Positions 16,333-26,015 of a stretch of 61,473 nt of DNA are shown here, in pieces; position 1 is the first letter of the stretch, and each line of letters starts with the position of its first letter. A program made the position numbers and the translations under genes. Source of the stretch: Solirubrobacteraceae bacterium. Lineage in GTDB: Bacteria > Actinomycetota > Thermoleophilia > Solirubrobacterales > Solirubrobacteraceae. The stretch is from the NCBI GenBank assembly GCA_040510855.1, contig JBEVIG010000158.1, positions 1 through 61,473 of the forward strand. Direction: 5' to 3'. The notes under the pieces are model-generated. The model saw only the letters and a program-made list of their open reading frames with translations, searched no databases and was not told where the DNA came from.

Positions 16333-17544
16333 TCAGGCCGCGGCTGGCTCCCCGAGGAGGGAGGGGTCGCCGTGCCACGCCGCGCGCAGGATGGCCGTGC
16401 AGTCGCCGGGCTCGAGCGGGCGCGGGTTGTTGCCGGCCAGGCGGCGGATCCCGGCCGCCTGCTCCCCCATGGCCTCGAGTCGGCCCTCCTCGAGGTCGAG
16501 GTCGGCGAGCCGCGCCGGCAGGCCGATACGGAGACCCAGCGCATGGACGAGCGCGACCGCGTCGCCGCCGGGCTCGCCGAAGGCCGTGGCCAGCTCCGCC
16601 AGCGCGGACTCCCGTGCCGGGCGGTTGAACGCCATGACGTAGGGGAGCATGAGCCCGGTGCCGAGGCCGTGCGGCGTCCCGGTGGCGGCGCCGATCGCGA
16701 ACTGGAGGGCGTGCGCGGCGGAGACGCCGGCGTTGGCGAACGCGAGGCCGGCGTTGAGCGAGCCGAAGAGCATCCCGGCGCGGGCCTCCATGTCGTCGCC
16801 GTCCCGCACCGCCCGCTCGAGCGAGGCGGCGATCTCGCGGACGGCGGTGAGCGCGAGGACGTCGGACAGGGCGTTCTTGCCGACGGCGACCCGCTCGAGC
16901 GGAAGCTTCCAGGAAGCCGGGCGGCTCACCGCCATGAAGGCCTCGATGGCATGGGAGAGCGCGTCGATGCCGGAGTGCGCGGTCACGGAGGGCGGGCAGG
17001 TCCGCGTCAGCTCCGGGTCGCAGATCGCCGTGCGGGGGATCAGGTGGGGACTGGAGATGCCGACCTTCATGCCGAGCTCCGGGTCGCCGATGACGGAGAC
17101 CGGCGTGACCTCCGAGCCGGTGCCCGCGGTCGTCGGGAGCGCGACGAGCGGGACCACCGGGCCCGGGACGAGGTGCTCGCCGTAGTACGTGCTCAGCGGG
17201 CCGCCGTGCGCGAGCTGCAGCGCGGTCACCTTCGCGAGGTCGATGGCGCTGCCGCCGCCCACCGCCACCACGACGTCGGGCCGCGCGTCGCGGCCGATCG
17301 CCGCGGCGGCCTCGATCGTCGCCATGGGCACGTCGACGGCGGCGTCGGTGAAGGTGACGACGTCGAGCCCGGCGTCCTGGAGGGACGCGAGCACGCCGGC
17401 GCACCCGTCCGTGGCGGCGATCACGGGGTCGGTGATCACGAGCACGCGGTGCCCGTGCCGGCCGGCGACCCCGCCGGCCGCGGCGGCCATGCCGCTGCCG
17501 AAGAGGACCTCGGCGGGGCTGCGGAGGACTGCGAAATCAGGCAT
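16333..17544 (-). CDS. Iron-containing (group III) alcohol dehydrogenase
   Basis: VAVGGGSAIDLAK, LPTTAGTGSEVT and GISSPHLIP motifs. ATG 17544 overlaps the upstream stop by 8 nt. Confidence 0.85.
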   Translation of the reverse strand: MPDFAVLRSPAEVLFGSGMAAAAGGVAGRHGHRVLVITDPVIAATDGCAGVLASLQDAGLDVVTFTDAAVDVPMATIEAAAAIGRDARPDVVVAVGGGSAIDLAKVTALQLAHGGPLSTYYGEHLVPGPVVPLVALPTTAGTGSEVTPVSVIGDPELGMKVGISSPHLIPRTAICDPELTRTCPPSVTAHSGIDALSHAIEAFMAVSRPASWKLPLERVAVGKNALSDVLALTAVREIAASLERAVRDGDDMEARAGMLFGSLNAGLAFANAGVSAAHALQFAIGAATGTPHGLGTGLMLPYVMAFNRPARESALAELATAFGEPGGDAVALVHALGLRIGLPARLADLDLEEGRLEAMGEQAAGIRRLAGNNPRPLEPGDCTAILRAAWHGDPSLLGEPAAA

Positions 17545-18385
17545 CGGTCTCCAGGAAGTCGGTGAGGACACGGAGGAACTCCCGCTGGTGCTCGAGCGCG
17601 GGCACGTGCCCGCAGCCGGACAGGGCGTACAGCCGCGCGTCCTTGAGCTGCTCGAGCAACGGCAGCGCCGCGAACTCCAGGGGGGTCAGGCGGTCGTGGT
17701 CGCCGTGGACGAGCAGGACCGGGGCGACGACGGCGGCGAGCGTGTCCGCGCCGAGCGCCAGGTCGCGCACCCAGCGCTCACGCGGCGGCGGGAAGAGCGG
17801 GGCGAACGCGTCCGCGCCGGCGAGCATCGCCGCGTGGCGCGCGCGGACGGCCTCATCGGTGACGAGCGCCGGGTCGTGGTACAGCAGCGCGAGCATGGCG
17901 CGCGCTCCTTCGCCCTGACCCTCCGGCCTCGCCGCCCACAGCGCCTCGAGAGCCGACGGCAGCGGCATGGACGCGCCCATCGAGGCGACCGCCGCCACGC
18001 GCGTGACCCGCAGCCGCTCCGCCGCCGCCAGCGCGAGGGCCACGGCGCCGCCCATCGAGTGCCCCACGACCGCGTACCGGCGCGCGCCGCGCGCCGCCAT
18101 CACGCCGCGCGCCTGCTCGACCCACACCGCCCGTCGGGAGACGCCGGCGTCGGGCGGCCCGCCGGGGAACGGCGTCTCGCCGAAGCCGGCCTGGTCCGGC
18201 ACGATCACGCGGTGGCGCGGCGCCAGCGTCTCGGCCACGGCGCGCCATGCGCCCCACCCGGTCGTGCCGGGTCCCGAGCCGTGCAGGAGCAGCACCGGCG
18301 GTCCGGCGCCGATCTCGTGCACGAGGACGGGCGAGCCGGCGACGTCGACGACGAAGCGGTCCGGGGCGATGGCGGGCTGCGGCAT
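17537..18385 (-). CDS. Alpha/beta hydrolase (meta-cleavage-product C-C hydrolase-like)
   Basis: LLLHGSGPG, nucleophile elbow GHSMGG and a C-terminal GCGHVP histidine motif. Confidence 0.8.
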   Translation of the reverse strand: MPQPAIAPDRFVVDVAGSPVLVHEIGAGPPVLLLHGSGPGTTGWGAWRAVAETLAPRHRVIVPDQAGFGETPFPGGPPDAGVSRRAVWVEQARGVMAARGARRYAVVGHSMGGAVALALAAAERLRVTRVAAVASMGASMPLPSALEALWAARPEGQGEGARAMLALLYHDPALVTDEAVRARHAAMLAGADAFAPLFPPPRERWVRDLALGADTLAAVVAPVLLVHGDHDRLTPLEFAALPLLEQLKDARLYALSGCGHVPALEHQREFLRVLTDFLETDA

Positions 18386-18391
18386 GCCGGA

Positions 18392-18955
18392 TCAGGCCGG
18401 GACGGCGGCGCGCTCGAGCACCTGCATGAACGCGCGCGACCACTCGGGCATGTCGGGCCAGCCGCGGCAGGAGACCATGTTCCCGTCGACGACGTCCGGC
18501 GCGTCGATCACGGTCGCGCCCGCGTTCTCCATGTCGCCGGTCAGCGGCGGGAACGCGGCGGTCCTGCGGCCCTGCAGCAGGCCGTAGACGGCGGGAACCT
18601 GCGGGCCGTGGCAGATCGTGCCGACGGGGAGGTTCCTCGAGAAGAAGTGCTCCGTGATGCGGCGCACGTCGGGGTCGGTGCGGATGTACTCGGGGGCGCG
18701 GCCGCCGGGGATGATCAGGGCCTGGTACTGCTCGACGTCGACCTCGGCGAAGGCGAGGTCGACCGGCAGCTTGCGGCCGTTCTTCTCCGTGTAGGCGTCC
18801 GAGTTCGGATCGAAGTCGTGGATGACGAGCTGGACGTCGCGGCGGCTGAGGGCCGCCACGTCGCAGTCCCAGCCCGCCTCGCGGACGCGGTACAAGGGAT
18901 ACATGACGTCGAGCTCCTCGGCGGCGTCGCCGGTGAGCATGAGGGCTCGGGGCAC
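18392..18955 (-). CDS. DJ-1/PfpI-family protein
   Basis: GTG 18955 follows GGAGGAGG. IIPGGRAPEY and the nucleophile motif GTICHGPQV are present. Confidence 0.8.
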   Translation of the reverse strand: MPRALMLTGDAAEELDVMYPLYRVREAGWDCDVAALSRRDVQLVIHDFDPNSDAYTEKNGRKLPVDLAFAEVDVEQYQALIIPGGRAPEYIRTDPDVRRITEHFFSRNLPVGTICHGPQVPAVYGLLQGRRTAAFPPLTGDMENAGATVIDAPDVVDGNMVSCRGWPDMPEWSRAFMQVLERAAVPA

Positions 18956-19007
18956 TGCTCCTCCTCCTTCGGGTGAAAGAAATCTATCAGTTGGGTGTCG
19001 GTCGGGA

Positions 19008-20477
19008 TCAATCGAACGAGAAGTACTTCGGCTCGAGGAATTCGCGCAGCCCGTGGTGGCCGCCCTCGCGGCCGATGCCGCTCTGCTTGACCCCACCGAA
19101 CGGCGCGGCAGGGTCGGAGACGACGCCGCGGTTGAGGCCGACCATGCCGGTCTCGATGCTCTCGGCGACGCGCATCGCACGGCGCAGGTCGCGCGAGAAG
19201 ACGTATGCGACGAGGCCGTGCTCCGTGTCGTTGGCCACCGCGATCGCCTCGGCCTCGTCGGCGAACGTGAGGACCGGCGCGACCGGGCCGAAGACCTCCT
19301 CGCGGAGGATCGCCGACCCCGGTGCGACGCGGTCGAGCACGGTCGCCGGGTAGAACCAGCCGGGGCCGTCCGGACGGGCGCCGCCCGTCCGCACCCGCGC
19401 CCCGTGCTCGCAGGCATCCGCGACGAGCGCCTCGATCTTCGCCACGGCGGCCTCGTTGATCATCGGGCCGAGCTCGGCGCCCGGCTCGGTCCCCGGCGCC
19501 ATGCGGACGGCGGCCATCGCCGCGGTCAGCCCGTCGGTGAAGGCCTCGGCGACGGACTCGTGGACGAGGAAGCGGTTCGCGGCCGTGCACGCCTCGCCGC
19601 CGTTGCGCAGCTTGGCGGCGAGCGCGCCGGCGACCGCGGCGTCGACGTCGGCATCCTCCAGGACGAGGAACGGCGCGTTGCCGCCCAGCTCCATCGAGAC
19701 GTTCACCACGCTGCGCGCCGCGAGGGCCAGCAGCCGGCGCCCGACCTCCGTGGACCCGGTGAACGACAGCTTCCGCACGCGCGGATCGCCGACCATCTCC
19801 GCCACGACCTCGCCCGGGCGCGAGGTGGTGAGCACGCCGACGACGCCGGGGGGTGCGCCGGCCTCCTCGAGCATCCGTGCGATCAGCAGCGTCGTCAGCG
19901 GTGTCTCCGTCGCCGGCTTGACGATCGCCGTGCACCCGGCGGCGAGCGCCGGACCCAGCTTGCGGGTGGCCATCGCGGCCGGGAAGTTCCACGGCGTCAC
20001 GAGCAAGGAGATGCCGACGGGCTGGGGGAGGACGAGCACGCGCGCCGCGCCGCCGGGGGCGATCGCGTACTCGCCCTCCGCGCGGACGGCCTCCTCGGCG
20101 AACCAGCGCAGGAACTCGGCGGCGTAGGCGGCCTCGCCGCGGGCCTCGGCGAGCGGCTTGCCCATCTCCGCGGTGATGGTCGCCGCGATCTCCTCCTCGC
20201 GCGCCCGCATGAGCTCGAAGGCGCCGCGCAGGACCTCGGCGCGCTCGCGCGGCGGCGTGGCGGCCCAGCCCGGCGCGGCCGCCTCGGCCGCGTCGACCGC
20301 GGCACGCGCATCGTCGACCGTGGCGTCGGCGACCGCGCCGATCGGCTCGCCCGTGGCGGGGTCCAGCACCGGGATCTCGCCACCGCCCGCGGCCGGCCGC
20401 CAGGCGCCGCCGATGAGCAGGCCGCTCGGAATGGTCGTTGTCGCCGCCACGAAGGCTCCTTGAAGCGAAGTTGACAT
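19008..20477 (-). CDS. NAD(P)-dependent aldehyde dehydrogenase (succinate-semialdehyde dehydrogenase-like)
   Basis: VTPWNFP, FTGSTEVG and ELGGNAP..EACTAANR catalytic motifs. The start could be GTG 20489. Confidence 0.85.
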   Translation of the reverse strand: MSTSLQGAFVAATTTIPSGLLIGGAWRPAAGGGEIPVLDPATGEPIGAVADATVDDARAAVDAAEAAAPGWAATPPRERAEVLRGAFELMRAREEEIAATITAEMGKPLAEARGEAAYAAEFLRWFAEEAVRAEGEYAIAPGGAARVLVLPQPVGISLLVTPWNFPAAMATRKLGPALAAGCTAIVKPATETPLTTLLIARMLEEAGAPPGVVGVLTTSRPGEVVAEMVGDPRVRKLSFTGSTEVGRRLLALAARSVVNVSMELGGNAPFLVLEDADVDAAVAGALAAKLRNGGEACTAANRFLVHESVAEAFTDGLTAAMAAVRMAPGTEPGAELGPMINEAAVAKIEALVADACEHGARVRTGGARPDGPGWFYPATVLDRVAPGSAILREEVFGPVAPVLTFADEAEAIAVANDTEHGLVAYVFSRDLRRAMRVAESIETGMVGLNRGVVSDPAAPFGGVKQSGIGREGGHHGLREFLEPKYFSFD

Positions 20478-20500
20478 TAGTTCCGCCACAAGCGTAATGT
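20471..20500 (+). promoter_or_regulatory. Candidate sigma-70-type promoter for the ABC operon
   Basis: TTGACA (20471-20476), 18-nt spacer, TAATGT (20495-20500), in an unusually AT-rich stretch. An imperfect inverted repeat GTTGTGAA..TTCAACAC follows. Confidence 0.4.
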
Positions 20501-20547
20501 TTCTAGCGGGAGTTGTGAAGTGTTTTCAACACCGTGAGGAGGAGAGG

Positions 20548-21963
20548 ATGCATCGAGGGACCCCGGGGTGGCGGCGGAAGGCGGCCGCAGCCGCGACGAT
20601 CGCGGCCCTGGCCGCCACGGTCGCCGCATGCGGCGGCGACGACGGGACGGACGACGCGACCGCCGCGGGCGGCGAGGCGGCGCCCGGCGCCGTCCCGACG
20701 CTCTCGGACAAGCCGATCGAGCTGAGCTTCCTGTGGTTCGAGTGGCCGCCGGCGCAGGCGCTCGAGGACTTCGCGAACGAGCACTACACGAAAGAGCGCC
20801 CCAACGTGACGGTGAAGGTCAACACGGTGCCGAACCCGAACTGGCACGACGCGATCTTCACGCAGTTCGCGGCGCGCAAGACCGACTTCGACATCCCGAT
20901 CCTCGACTCGCAGCACATCGGGGAGGCCGTGACCAACGGCAACATCCTCGACCTCACGGACTTCGTCAACGAGAACATCGATACGGACGCCTACGACCCG
21001 TACCTGCTCGCGGCGTACGGCCAGTACCCGCAGGCGGAGACCGGTCAGCGTGATCCGGACGCCAAGATGTACGGCCTCCCGCTGCTCGGCGACACGTGGA
21101 CGATGGTCTGGCGCAAGGATCTCATGGGCGACACGCCGCCTGCCACGTGGGACGAGCTGATCGCCGCCGCCAAGAAGTGCCAGGACGAGAACCCCGGCAT
21201 GAGCGGCCTCGCGTTCCACCAGGCCAACGGCTCCGACGCCGCGGCCGTGACCTACAACACCGTCAACGGCGTCTACGGCGGCCAGCTGTGGAACTCCGAG
21301 GACAAGCAGATCGAGGGCGTCATCAACGACGACGCCGGGCGCAAGGCGATGGACGTGCTCGTCAACCAGATGAAGCCGCTCGCGCCGAAGGGCTCGGGCA
21401 ACTGGTTCATCGACGAGGTCAACGCCGCCATCTCCCAGGGCAAGGTCTGCGTCGGGTTCAACTGGATCGCCGCGATCGGCGGCCTCGTCGACCCCGAGCA
21501 GTCGCAGCTCGGCAAGACCCCCGAGGCGATCGAGAAGAAGCTCGGCTTCGCGGCACTGCCGGAACAGGACGCCGACGTCGTCCCGCTGGGCGGCATGGGC
21601 ATGCACGTCTCCAAGTACGCGCCCGCCGAGGACCAGGCCGAGGCCCTGAACTTCATCAAGTGGTTCGAGCAGCCGGAGGTCCAGAAGATGTGGGCGGCCG
21701 CGGGCGGCGTGCCCGCGCGCAAGGATGCGCTCGACTCGCCCGAGTTCCTCGAGGCCAACCCGTGGAACAAGGTCTACGCCGAGTCGGTGCCGCGCCTGCG
21801 GGACATGTGGAACGTCCCCGAGTACGCGAAGCTCATCGACATCGAGAACACGAACGTCAACGCCGCGCTGAACGGGGCCAAGGACCCGCAGCAGGCGCTC
21901 GACGACATCGCCGCCGCCCAGCAGAAGGTGCTCGACGAGAGCTCCGGCGGCGGGCTCGACTAG
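20548..21963 (+). CDS. ABC transporter substrate-binding lipoprotein (sugar type)
   Basis: ATG follows GAGGAGGAG. Lipobox LAATVAAC. Family-1 extracellular solute-binding-like sequence. Confidence 0.85.
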   Translation: MHRGTPGWRRKAAAAATIAALAATVAACGGDDGTDDATAAGGEAAPGAVPTLSDKPIELSFLWFEWPPAQALEDFANEHYTKERPNVTVKVNTVPNPNWHDAIFTQFAARKTDFDIPILDSQHIGEAVTNGNILDLTDFVNENIDTDAYDPYLLAAYGQYPQAETGQRDPDAKMYGLPLLGDTWTMVWRKDLMGDTPPATWDELIAAAKKCQDENPGMSGLAFHQANGSDAAAVTYNTVNGVYGGQLWNSEDKQIEGVINDDAGRKAMDVLVNQMKPLAPKGSGNWFIDEVNAAISQGKVCVGFNWIAAIGGLVDPEQSQLGKTPEAIEKKLGFAALPEQDADVVPLGGMGMHVSKYAPAEDQAEALNFIKWFEQPEVQKMWAAAGGVPARKDALDSPEFLEANPWNKVYAESVPRLRDMWNVPEYAKLIDIENTNVNAALNGAKDPQQALDDIAAAQQKVLDESSGGGLD

Positions 21964-21975
21964 GTCCCGGGAGCG

Positions 21976-22917
21976 ATGGCCGCACCCGACGCATCCGTCC
22001 GCCCGGCGGCGCCCCTCGCGGCGCCGCCGGCGGCGCGGCGGTTCCGCTGGCTGGGCGACCGGGGGCTTGCGGGCCTCTTCGTCTCGCCGGCGCTGCTGCT
22101 GCTGATCTTCCTGTCGATCTTCCCGCTGCTGTGGGCGCTGTACCTGTCGTTCACGAACTACTCGGCGACGCGGGACGTGCCGGCGGAATGGGTCGGGTTC
22201 GGCAACTACATCGACGTCCTCACCTCGAGCGCCGTCCATGAGCGCGCGCTCACGACGCTCATCTACGTCGTGGGCGCGGTGACGCTCCAGACCGTCCTCG
22301 GGTTCACGATCGCCTACCTGATCTCGCGGCGCTCACGCGGGCGCGGCGTGCTCACCACGCTGTTCCTCACGCCGATGATGCTTTCGCCAGTCGTCGTGGG
22401 CCTGTTCTGGAAGTTCATGCTCGACACGCAGTTCGGCGTGGTCAACTCGATCCTCGGCTCGCTCGGCTTCGGGCAGGTCGAATGGCTGACCAGCCAGCGG
22501 CTCGCGCTGTTCTCGGTGATCATCGTCGACACCTGGCAGTGGACGCCGTTCATCATGCTGATCGCGCTCGCCGGCCTCACCGCCGTGCCGCAGTACCTGT
22601 ACGAGGCGGCGTCGATCGACCGCGCGTCGGAGTGGTTCCGCTTCAGGCACATCACGCTGCCGCTCGTCTGGCCGCTGCTGCTGATCGCCGTGCTGTTCCG
22701 CGCGATCGAGGCCTTCCGCCTCTTCGACCTCGTCTACATCCTCACCCAGGGCGGCCCCGGCGTGTCGACGGAGACGCTCTCCTTCCACGTCTACAAGGTC
22801 GCGTTCCTCGGCTTCGACACCGGCCTGGCCTCGGCCTACGGGATCCTCATGGTGATCGTCGTCATCATCCTCGCGCAGCTCTACCTGCGCTACCTCGACA
22901 AGCTCAAGGAGGCGTGA
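21976..22917 (+). CDS. ABC transporter permease (MalF/UgpA-like)
   Basis: Six-TM-type sequence with the EAA-loop region YEAASIDRASEWFRFRHITLPL. Confidence 0.85.
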   Translation: MAAPDASVRPAAPLAAPPAARRFRWLGDRGLAGLFVSPALLLLIFLSIFPLLWALYLSFTNYSATRDVPAEWVGFGNYIDVLTSSAVHERALTTLIYVVGAVTLQTVLGFTIAYLISRRSRGRGVLTTLFLTPMMLSPVVVGLFWKFMLDTQFGVVNSILGSLGFGQVEWLTSQRLALFSVIIVDTWQWTPFIMLIALAGLTAVPQYLYEAASIDRASEWFRFRHITLPLVWPLLLIAVLFRAIEAFRLFDLVYILTQGGPGVSTETLSFHVYKVAFLGFDTGLASAYGILMVIVVIILAQLYLRYLDKLKEA

Positions 22918-23840
22918 TGGCGCTGCAGGTCGACGACGCCGTCATGGGGGAGGCGCCGGGCCATCCGGCGGCCGCCCGCCGCGGCGCACCCAGGCGGCGG
23001 CGCTCCCTGCGGTCGTGGATCGAGATCGTGCTGCTCGCGGTCCTGCTGGTGGTGATGCTCTTCCCGGTCGTGTGGATGCTGGAGACGTCGCTGAAGGCCA
23101 ACCGCGACGTCTACGCCGTCCCCGCGAAGTTCATCGGCTTCGACATCACGTTCCACCACTACAAGGACGTGTTCGTCCAGCGCGGCGGCTCGGGGGCGTC
23201 TGACCTCGCGGTGAACTTCAAGAACTCCGTGATCGTCTCGTTCTTCTCGACGGTCCTGGCGACCGTCCTCGGGGTGATGGCGGCGTGGGCCTACTCGCGC
23301 TTCAATATCAAGGCGAAGAAGGACCAGCTCTTCTTCATCCTCTCGACCCGCTTCATGCCGCCGGTCGTGGTCGTGATCCCGATCTTCCTCATGTACCGGG
23401 ACCTCGACCTGATCGACACGAAGCTGGGGCTCGTCCTGATCTACGCGGCGTTCAACCTGCCGTTCACGATCTGGATGATGAAGGGGTTCATCGACGAGAT
23501 CCCGTCGGAGTACGAGGACGCCGCAATGCTCGACGGCTATTCGCGGCTCGAGGCCTTCTTCCGCGTGACGCTGCCGCTGCTCGTCCCCGGCATCGCGGCC
23601 ACCGCGGTGTTCGCGCTGATCTTCTCCTGGAACGAGTTCGTGCTCTCGATCTTCCTCACGTCGAGCGAGTCGGCGCGCACGGCGCCGCCCGCGATCGCCG
23701 GCCTCATCGGCGGCACGACGGTGGACTGGGGGCTCGTGGCGGCCTCGGCCATGACCTTCGCCCTGCCCGTCCTGCTCTTCGCCTTCCTGGTGCGCAAGCA
23801 CCTCGTCGCGGGCGTGACCCTCGGGGCGGTGCGTCGCTGA
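22917..23840 (+). CDS. ABC transporter permease (MalG/UgpE-like)
   Basis: The ATG overlaps the previous stop by 1 nt. EAA-loop region YEDAAMLDGYSRLEAFFRVTLPL. Confidence 0.85.
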   Translation: MALQVDDAVMGEAPGHPAAARRGAPRRRRSLRSWIEIVLLAVLLVVMLFPVVWMLETSLKANRDVYAVPAKFIGFDITFHHYKDVFVQRGGSGASDLAVNFKNSVIVSFFSTVLATVLGVMAAWAYSRFNIKAKKDQLFFILSTRFMPPVVVVIPIFLMYRDLDLIDTKLGLVLIYAAFNLPFTIWMMKGFIDEIPSEYEDAAMLDGYSRLEAFFRVTLPLLVPGIAATAVFALIFSWNEFVLSIFLTSSESARTAPPAIAGLIGGTTVDWGLVAASAMTFALPVLLFAFLVRKHLVAGVTLGAVRR

Positions 23841-24901
23841 TGGCGGGCATCGAGATCACCGGGCTCCACAAGCGCTTCCCGGACGGCACGGTCGCGGTCG
23901 AGCGCCTCGACCTCTCCATCGCGGACGGCGAGCTGTTCGTCATGCTCGGACCGTCCGGCTGCGGCAAGACGACGACGCTGCGCGCGATCGCCGGGCTGGA
24001 GCGCCAGACCGAGGGGCACATCGACATCGGCGAGACGCGGGTCGACGACCTCCCTCCGGCCGATCGCGACATCGCGATGGTGTTCCAGTTCTACGCGCTC
24101 TACCCGCACATGCGCACGCGCGACAACATCGCGTTCCCGCTGCGGGCGGAGGGCCTCCCCGAGGCGACCGTCCGCGAGCGCGTCGACGAGGCCGCGCGGA
24201 TGCTCCAGCTCGAGGCGCTGCTCGACCGCAGGCCGAGCCGGCTCTCCGGCGGGGAGCAGCAGCGCGTCGCGCTCGCGCGGGCGCTCGTGCGCCAGCCGCA
24301 GGCGTTCCTCATGGACGAGCCGCTCACGAACCTCGACGCGGAGATCCGGGCGGACATGCGGACGGAGATCAAGCACCTGCAGTCGCGGCTCGGGACCACG
24401 ATGGCCTACGTCACGCACGACCAGCTCGAGGCCATGTCGCTCGGGCACCGGATCGCGATCCTGAACAAGGGCCGGCTCGAGCAGGTCGGGACGCCGATGG
24501 AGGTCTACGACCGTCCGGCGACGCTGTTCTGCGCCCGCTTCATCGGCTCCCCGCCGATGAACCTCGTGCCCGTCTCGCTCGACGACGGCGCGCTGCGCAC
24601 CACCGGTGGCCTTGCGCTCGAGCCCCCGGAGGGGATCGCGCGCGGCCGCGAGGTGGTGGCCGGCGTGCGACCCGAGGCGCTCGAGCTCGTCGCCTCCGGC
24701 GACGGCGCCACCCCGGCGCGCGTGGTGTCCGAGGAGGTGCTGGGCGACGAGGTGATCTACGTCGTCGACGCCGGCGGGCACGACCTGCACGTCCGGATGC
24801 CGCCCGCCAGCCGCTTCGCCGCGGGCGCAGCGGTGGGCGTCCGCCACACCGGCGCGCCGCCACCCCTCTACGACCCGGACACGGAGCTGGTGCTCGCATG
24901 A
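23840..24901 (+). CDS. ABC transporter ATP-binding protein (MalK/UgpC-like), copy 1
   Basis: Walker A GPSGCGKTT, signature LSGGEQQRVALARAL, Walker B FLMDEPL. C-terminal regulatory domain present. Confidence 0.9.
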   Translation: MAGIEITGLHKRFPDGTVAVERLDLSIADGELFVMLGPSGCGKTTTLRAIAGLERQTEGHIDIGETRVDDLPPADRDIAMVFQFYALYPHMRTRDNIAFPLRAEGLPEATVRERVDEAARMLQLEALLDRRPSRLSGGEQQRVALARALVRQPQAFLMDEPLTNLDAEIRADMRTEIKHLQSRLGTTMAYVTHDQLEAMSLGHRIAILNKGRLEQVGTPMEVYDRPATLFCARFIGSPPMNLVPVSLDDGALRTTGGLALEPPEGIARGREVVAGVRPEALELVASGDGATPARVVSEEVLGDEVIYVVDAGGHDLHVRMPPASRFAAGAAVGVRHTGAPPPLYDPDTELVLA

Positions 24902-24923
24902 CCGCCGACCGGAGGAACCGCTG

Positions 24924-25994
24924 ATGGGTGCGATCCACGCGAAAGGGATGCGCAAGGCCTTCGGCGACGTCCAGGCGCTCGACGGCGTCGCGCTCGACGT
25001 CCCCGATGGTGCCTTCTTCGTCGTCCTCGGGCCGTCGGGCGCCGGCAAGACGACGACGCTGCGCGCGATCGCCGGGCTGGAGAAGCTCGATGCCGGCTCG
25101 GTCCACCTCGACGGGCTCGACGCGACGCGCGCGGCGCCCGCCGCGCGCGACCTCGCCATGGTGTTCCAGAACTACGCGCTGTTCCCGAAGAAGACGGCGG
25201 CCGAGAACATCGCCTCGCCGTTGCGGGCGCGCAAGCTGCCTGCGAACGAGATCACGGCGGCCACGCAGCGCGTGGCCGAGCTGCTGCACATCGAGCGGCT
25301 GCTCCAGCGCAGGCCGGCGCAGATGTCGGGCGGCGAGATGCAGCGCGTCGCGCTGGCCCGGGCGCTCGTGCGCGAGCCGCGCGCCTTCCTCATGGACGAG
25401 CCGCTCACCAACCTCGACCTCAAGCTGCGCGTGGAGATGCGCACCGAGCTCACGCGGATCCACCGCTCGCTCGGCCGCACCTTCCTCTACGTCACCAACG
25501 ACCAGGTCGAGGCGCTCTCGATGGCGGATCAGATCGCCGTGCTGCGCGCAGGCGCGGTGCAACAGGTGGGCGTGCCGCGCGAGATCTACGAGCGGCCGGT
25601 CAACCGGTGGGTCGCCGGCTTCGTCGGCAGCCCGCGGATGAACCTCCTGCCCTGCCGGCCGGAGGGCCGCGAGTTGGTCGGCGAGCACGGGTGGTCGCTG
25701 CCCCGGCCTCCGTGGGCGATGGGGGAGTCGGGGCGCCCGCTGCTGCTCGGCCTCCGCGCCGAGGACCTCTCGCTCGAGCGGCGCGACGAGCACGCGACGC
25801 TCGGCGGCCGGCTCTACGCCCTCGAGCCGCTCGGAGACCGCACGCTGGTGGACGTCGACCTCGGCGGGACCGTGATCAAGGTCAAGGCGCGTCCGTCGGT
25901 GACGGGGCGGCCCGGCGAGTCGCTCAGCGTGGCCGTCGACCTCGACCGGGCGCATCTGTTCGACGCCGAGACAGGCGACGCGATCCCGCGCTGA
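24924..25994 (+). CDS. ABC transporter ATP-binding protein (MalK/UgpC-like), copy 2
   Basis: GGAGGAA RBS. Walker A GPSGAGKTT, signature MSGGEMQRVALARAL, Walker B FLMDEPL. Confidence 0.9.
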   Translation: MGAIHAKGMRKAFGDVQALDGVALDVPDGAFFVVLGPSGAGKTTTLRAIAGLEKLDAGSVHLDGLDATRAAPAARDLAMVFQNYALFPKKTAAENIASPLRARKLPANEITAATQRVAELLHIERLLQRRPAQMSGGEMQRVALARALVREPRAFLMDEPLTNLDLKLRVEMRTELTRIHRSLGRTFLYVTNDQVEALSMADQIAVLRAGAVQQVGVPREIYERPVNRWVAGFVGSPRMNLLPCRPEGRELVGEHGWSLPRPPWAMGESGRPLLLGLRAEDLSLERRDEHATLGGRLYALEPLGDRTLVDVDLGGTVIKVKARPSVTGRPGESLSVAVDLDRAHLFDAETGDAIPR

Positions 25995-26015
25995 CCGCTT
26001 TACTGACGGTTCCCG